Shown here: positions 60,179 through 64,000 of the stretch, piece by piece
Layout of the letters: each line of letters opens with the position of its first letter
Position numbering within the stretch: the stretch's first letter is position 1
Assembly: GCA_950097015.1 (NCBI GenBank)
Contig: CATNEN010000001.1
Location: forward strand, 12,896,001 to 12,960,000
Origin: Macrostomum hystrix
Lineage: Eukaryota > Animalia > Platyhelminthes
DNA: 64,000 nt
Direction of reading: 5' to 3'
The notes under the pieces: model-generated
Seen by the model: only the letters and a program-made list of their open reading frames with translations
Told to the model about the DNA's origin: nothing
Databases searched by the model: none
Translations under genes and position numbers: made by a program

Positions 60179-63100
60179 TCATGTCTTTTTGAGCAGAGGG
60201 ACCAGCCTCCTAGGAGAAACTGTCATTGTTGCGTGGCATTTGGAAGTCATTCCGTACTGGCAGAGATTAATTTCCGGCTGGTTAAACTCAGCATCAATAA
60301 TATGTGCAACGCTTCGTTGGTTCACGTCAGGCTGAAAACTTAGTGCCTCCTGCAAGTAGCAAAATTTGTCAAAAATCGCATTCGTGTCCATGGGTACACA
60401 TTGCCCTCCGCGAAGTGCTCTCGAGAATTGGCCTCAACATGAGCTGGATTATTTCACCTTCCTCTCCGTCATTGTGGTTGACGCAAACAGTCTGACTAGC
60501 TGCTACTACCTTGTCCAAAAATTGTCGCCTGTAGTCAGACCCCAAGATAGCGTCGAGCAGAGCAGTCTGTGCCTCTTGTTTCGTTGCGGCAACAGTTATG
60601 CGAAGTAGACAGGCACCAATTGTTGTATGGTCATACTGACAGGAAAATTCTTCTTTAAATGTAGAGTGCTCTCATAGATGAAATACAATGGCCATGACAA
60701 CATGATTGATGGCACACATCCCCAGTAGTTGAACATCGACAGGAGCATGTCGACCAGGCCAGCCTTGGTAGCTCTTTACAACGACTGTATTCGCCAGGCA
60801 CACGCCATTGAGTCCTGTTTGCTCTCCTAGTCCATTATCATTACTTGCTCTGAAATATTTTCCATGTGGAAAATGCTTTGCAGTTGGTTGATGAGTTGAT
60901 CTGCGGTTCTGTATGATGGCTTGTGTAGAGCTAGATGAGGTATCTTGGAACGAATTATGAATTGGAGTTAGAACAGAAAATGATGCGGCAATTCACCGTG
61001 ACGCTCCGACCGCATGGTCTTCGCGCTGACCTTGTGACAACGCTCTCGAGTCAGACAGCCTCTGCTGGCGCCCAGATCTGACCGCATGGTCTTTGCGCTG
61101 ACCTTGTGACGGCGCTCTCGAGTCAGACGGCCTCTGCTGGTGCCCAGATCCGACCGCATGGTCTTCGCGCTGACCTTGTGACGGCGCTCTCGAGTCAGAT
61201 GGCCTCTGCTGGCGGACAGATCCAACTGCATGGTATTTGTGCTGACCTTGTGACGGCGCTCTTGAGTCAGACGGCCTCTGCTGGCGGACAGATCTGACCG
61301 CATGGTCTCCATGCTGGGTTTGTAACGACGCCTTCTGAATTCTATAATTTGGGTTCTGGACACAAATAGACTTCGCAAGTCGATACTTTAAACGACCTCT
61401 GGAGAATTTCTTAAGTAGCTCAAGAAACTCCAAAAGCGGTCTCGATCGACCGCCCATAACAGATTCACACACTGTCCGATGGTACACTTTAATGCTACCC
61501 TCGCTGTTTCTCATATCGGTGACATTGACTTGGCCGGTAAAATGACATTACGCATCTATCATTAGGCTACTGAAAAGCGGAAAATACACGTACAAATCGA
61601 CAATCCTCTGTGCTAGCTTATCGTTGACATAAGCGCTGATCATCACGATTTCCGATTCCTGCCTCTGATTGCATGATGCTTTGATATGATCGAGAATTTG
61701 TTGAGCCTGCCGATAGAACTGCGACGATGAACAGATTGTTGTGTCTGCTTGCAAGTCTACATCCTCTACAGTGCAAACATTTTCCTGCTGTTCAAGCCAG
61801 GCAACTGTACCATTCTTCATGACCACGACGTATGGCAGAGCTTTGGCCGTATCTCGCTCCTGAAGCACATACAACAGGTTTCGCAGACTTTCTAGACCCT
61901 CTGCTGAAGACTTGCTGGCGACAATCAGTGCAAATCCCTGCAAATAGAGCAATTGAACGGCCGGGATTGCACTGCGCACCTCCTTCCAATTTCTAAACTC
62001 ATTCAAAATGTGACTTCGCCCTAGCACAACTGCCATGCGTTGCTGTGCCTGAGATAGTGTCGCACGCATGGATGGTGGCACACCAACCTGGGAATTTTCT
62101 TCCTGAAGGCCAACAAGAAAGCACCAATCGATGTACTGTCTGATCTCCATCCTATTAAACACGTATAGGAGGGCATGCAAAGTAGGCCAATTAAAATCCG
62201 TCGTCGCCTTAGCGATGACGATGTTACTGCATCTAGGGACCTGCAAAATGTACTGCCGCCATTTTGCCAGCATGCTGGACAGTTAAATCGTGCTGTGATG
62301 ACACGTAATGACATCTAGTAAGGACGCTTGACAGATATCTCCCTGTGATGGCAAAACAAGTGCATAATGGTATATCGGCTTCTCTGGCAGGCCACCAGGC
62401 CAGCTATTAATCGATGCACCGGTGGAATCGATGACAAGATTAATTGGCTGCTTTTCCAGCTTCATACTCAAGAGCGCTTCTGCTGCCATGCTCTTGTGGT
62501 ACATGGCAAGCACTGCAAGTGATTCATGGCTAGTAAATTCAATGTACTGCACATAGTCATGAAGAGTTGGTGAACTTCGAATTTCCAGGAGCAAATTGTG
62601 CACTGCATCTGCATCAGACGGGCTAGCCCTTTTCTTAGACTTACTGTGCTGTCGATCGTTACAAAGTGTTTTCTGCGAAGGCATATAACGAGGATCTTCC
62701 TCGGATGTTGCGACTGAGGCCTGCAAAGCAGCGACAGACCCCGTTTGACACTTGGCTTTCAGTGCCGCACCTCGAACCTTGCAAGCTTTTGGAGCGTGGT
62801 CCGCAGGCCTGCATATAATTCGTAACCGAATATCCATGCCACGGACGTTCAATTTCCATTGACCGGGACAATTAGATCGAATGGTGCTTTCTTCCCGAAG
62901 TGTTGCAGAGCAGCCAAGTGTGTACTTTACAGAAGCTGTGCCGTCGAAGGAACTTCGTGCAATCACCAAGCTACATCCAGTTACAAAGCGATTTTGTACT
63001 TCCGTGAGTAAAGTGCAATTAAAGTCGCCGATGGCAGTACGTCTACTTGTAGCGTCTTGTCCTACACGGTCAATCGCCATCAATTTTTCATTTAAACTGT

Positions 63101-63266
63101 CAAATGTTGCGCAGATTGGCAACAGTGATTCTGCAGGATCCTCGGTTATTAGATGATTTCCACTTTCCGGTCTGTTTGGGCCCTCCTCCTCCTCACTCAC
63201 TCTGGATTCCTCAGCGTTTAGGTCTAAGATACTTTCCGTGAACGATTAAGAACGATTTCGTGCCAT
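60179..63266 (-). pseudogene. Decayed MULE-superfamily transposase, NOF-FB/Rehavkus-like
   Basis: LVIDSTG..KPIYHYALV..CHH..W..TTDFNWPTLHALLYVFN..Y..WCF..SH motif series across frameshifted ORFs; in-frame stop six codons after the ATG at 63266. Confidence 0.65.
61005..61312. repeat. 72-bp tandem repeat (~4.3 copies) inside the transposase relic
   Basis: Period 72 (61011 to 61083); encodes KTMRSDLxxSRGRLTRERRHKVSA on the minus strand. Confidence 0.92.
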
Positions 63267-63560
63267 GTAAAAATTCAAGCGTGTAGACTGAACCCCCTTT
63301 CCCGACTGAAGCTTTTCACTCGGGGACTAATCTATGGCTTCTAGCCATAGACAATACTACACTGTATAGTGGCAGTGGGGTAAGGCAATCCGCTGATGTA
63401 CGCTCGAAGCCAAATGTTAAGGCCATAGACTAAAAATCGAATGAAGTTTGACCATAGAGATATTTTTTAATTTCAAACACCAGAAGGAAATTTAATTCAC
63501 AACCTGTTTCCTCTTGTCCCTGTCCCTCTTTGTATATTCTATTCGAAACTGAAACTGAAA

Positions 63561-64000
63561 ATGAGCGAAGACTTCGATAGCCATTCAGATGCTAGTTGGT
63601 TTACTGCCGATGATGATTCTGTAGATGGATCTTTTGATCAGCTCTCCGGTGATGAAGAAAATCAAGGCAAACCTGACGGAAATTGTAACCTTGTTCAAGA
63701 AGGCACTGATTCTCGACCAGCACCACTGCCAGAGTTTCTTGGAGTGCCTGGAGTCCAGCCCGGGTTGCAGCTACCCGAAGTAGCCGATGGAAATGAGAGT
63801 GCTTTCATCAAGCTCTACTTGACAGACGAGTTGCTTGAAAACATAAAAACTTGGACGAGCTTAAAAGCATGGAACACGTACCATGAAAATTTAGATAATG
63901 GAACCGTCCCCAAATTTGTGCTTAGCTGGAAGGACTGCACTGTCGACGAGGTAAGAAAACTCATCGGAATCATGCTTCTGATGGGTCTTGATAAAAAGCC
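63561..64000 (+). mobile_element. piggyBac-type transposase, N-terminal part (runs off the window)
   Basis: ATG 63561, acidic N-terminus, PEFLGVPG, FIKLYLTDELLENI, WKDCTVDEVRKLIGIMLLMGLDKKP (PGBD4-like); possible left end tgaa|CCCCCTTT at ~63293. Confidence 0.85.

Overview
Eukaryotic (animal) genomic DNA, rich in introns, minisatellites and transposons. The style suggests a free-living flatworm such as Macrostomum, but that is inference. Manual splicing gives these host genes. (i) A cluster at 5.5-14 kb of three two-exon secreted prepro-proteins that share a signal-peptide/acidic-propiece exon ending in 'DAD(PD)' and a phase-0 intron, but carry unrelated exon-2 payloads: a 16-aa acidic tail, a 28-aa Trp/Arg-rich cationic peptide, and a ~630-aa cationic amphipathic protein with ~28 strict 12-aa repeats. 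A 5'-truncated paralog of the repeat domain sits among them. (ii) A 9-exon inscuteable homologue (16275-34728, +). (iii) A 4-exon IAP with 2 BIR domains and a RING (39673-42152, -). The remainder is mobile or repetitive: RTEX-like LINE fragments, two tRNA-derived SINE families, a mariner relic, and a ~14-kb nested inverted-repeat structure (44.9-58.9 kb) holding a complete Gypsy LTR element, two MITEs with target-site duplications and an OTU/vertnin-like fragment. A decayed NOF/Rehavkus-like transposase and the start of a piggyBac transposase follow, along with more than a dozen minisatellite arrays. The best candidate for an undescribed system is the 'shared secretion cassette + swappable cationic payload' gene cluster.
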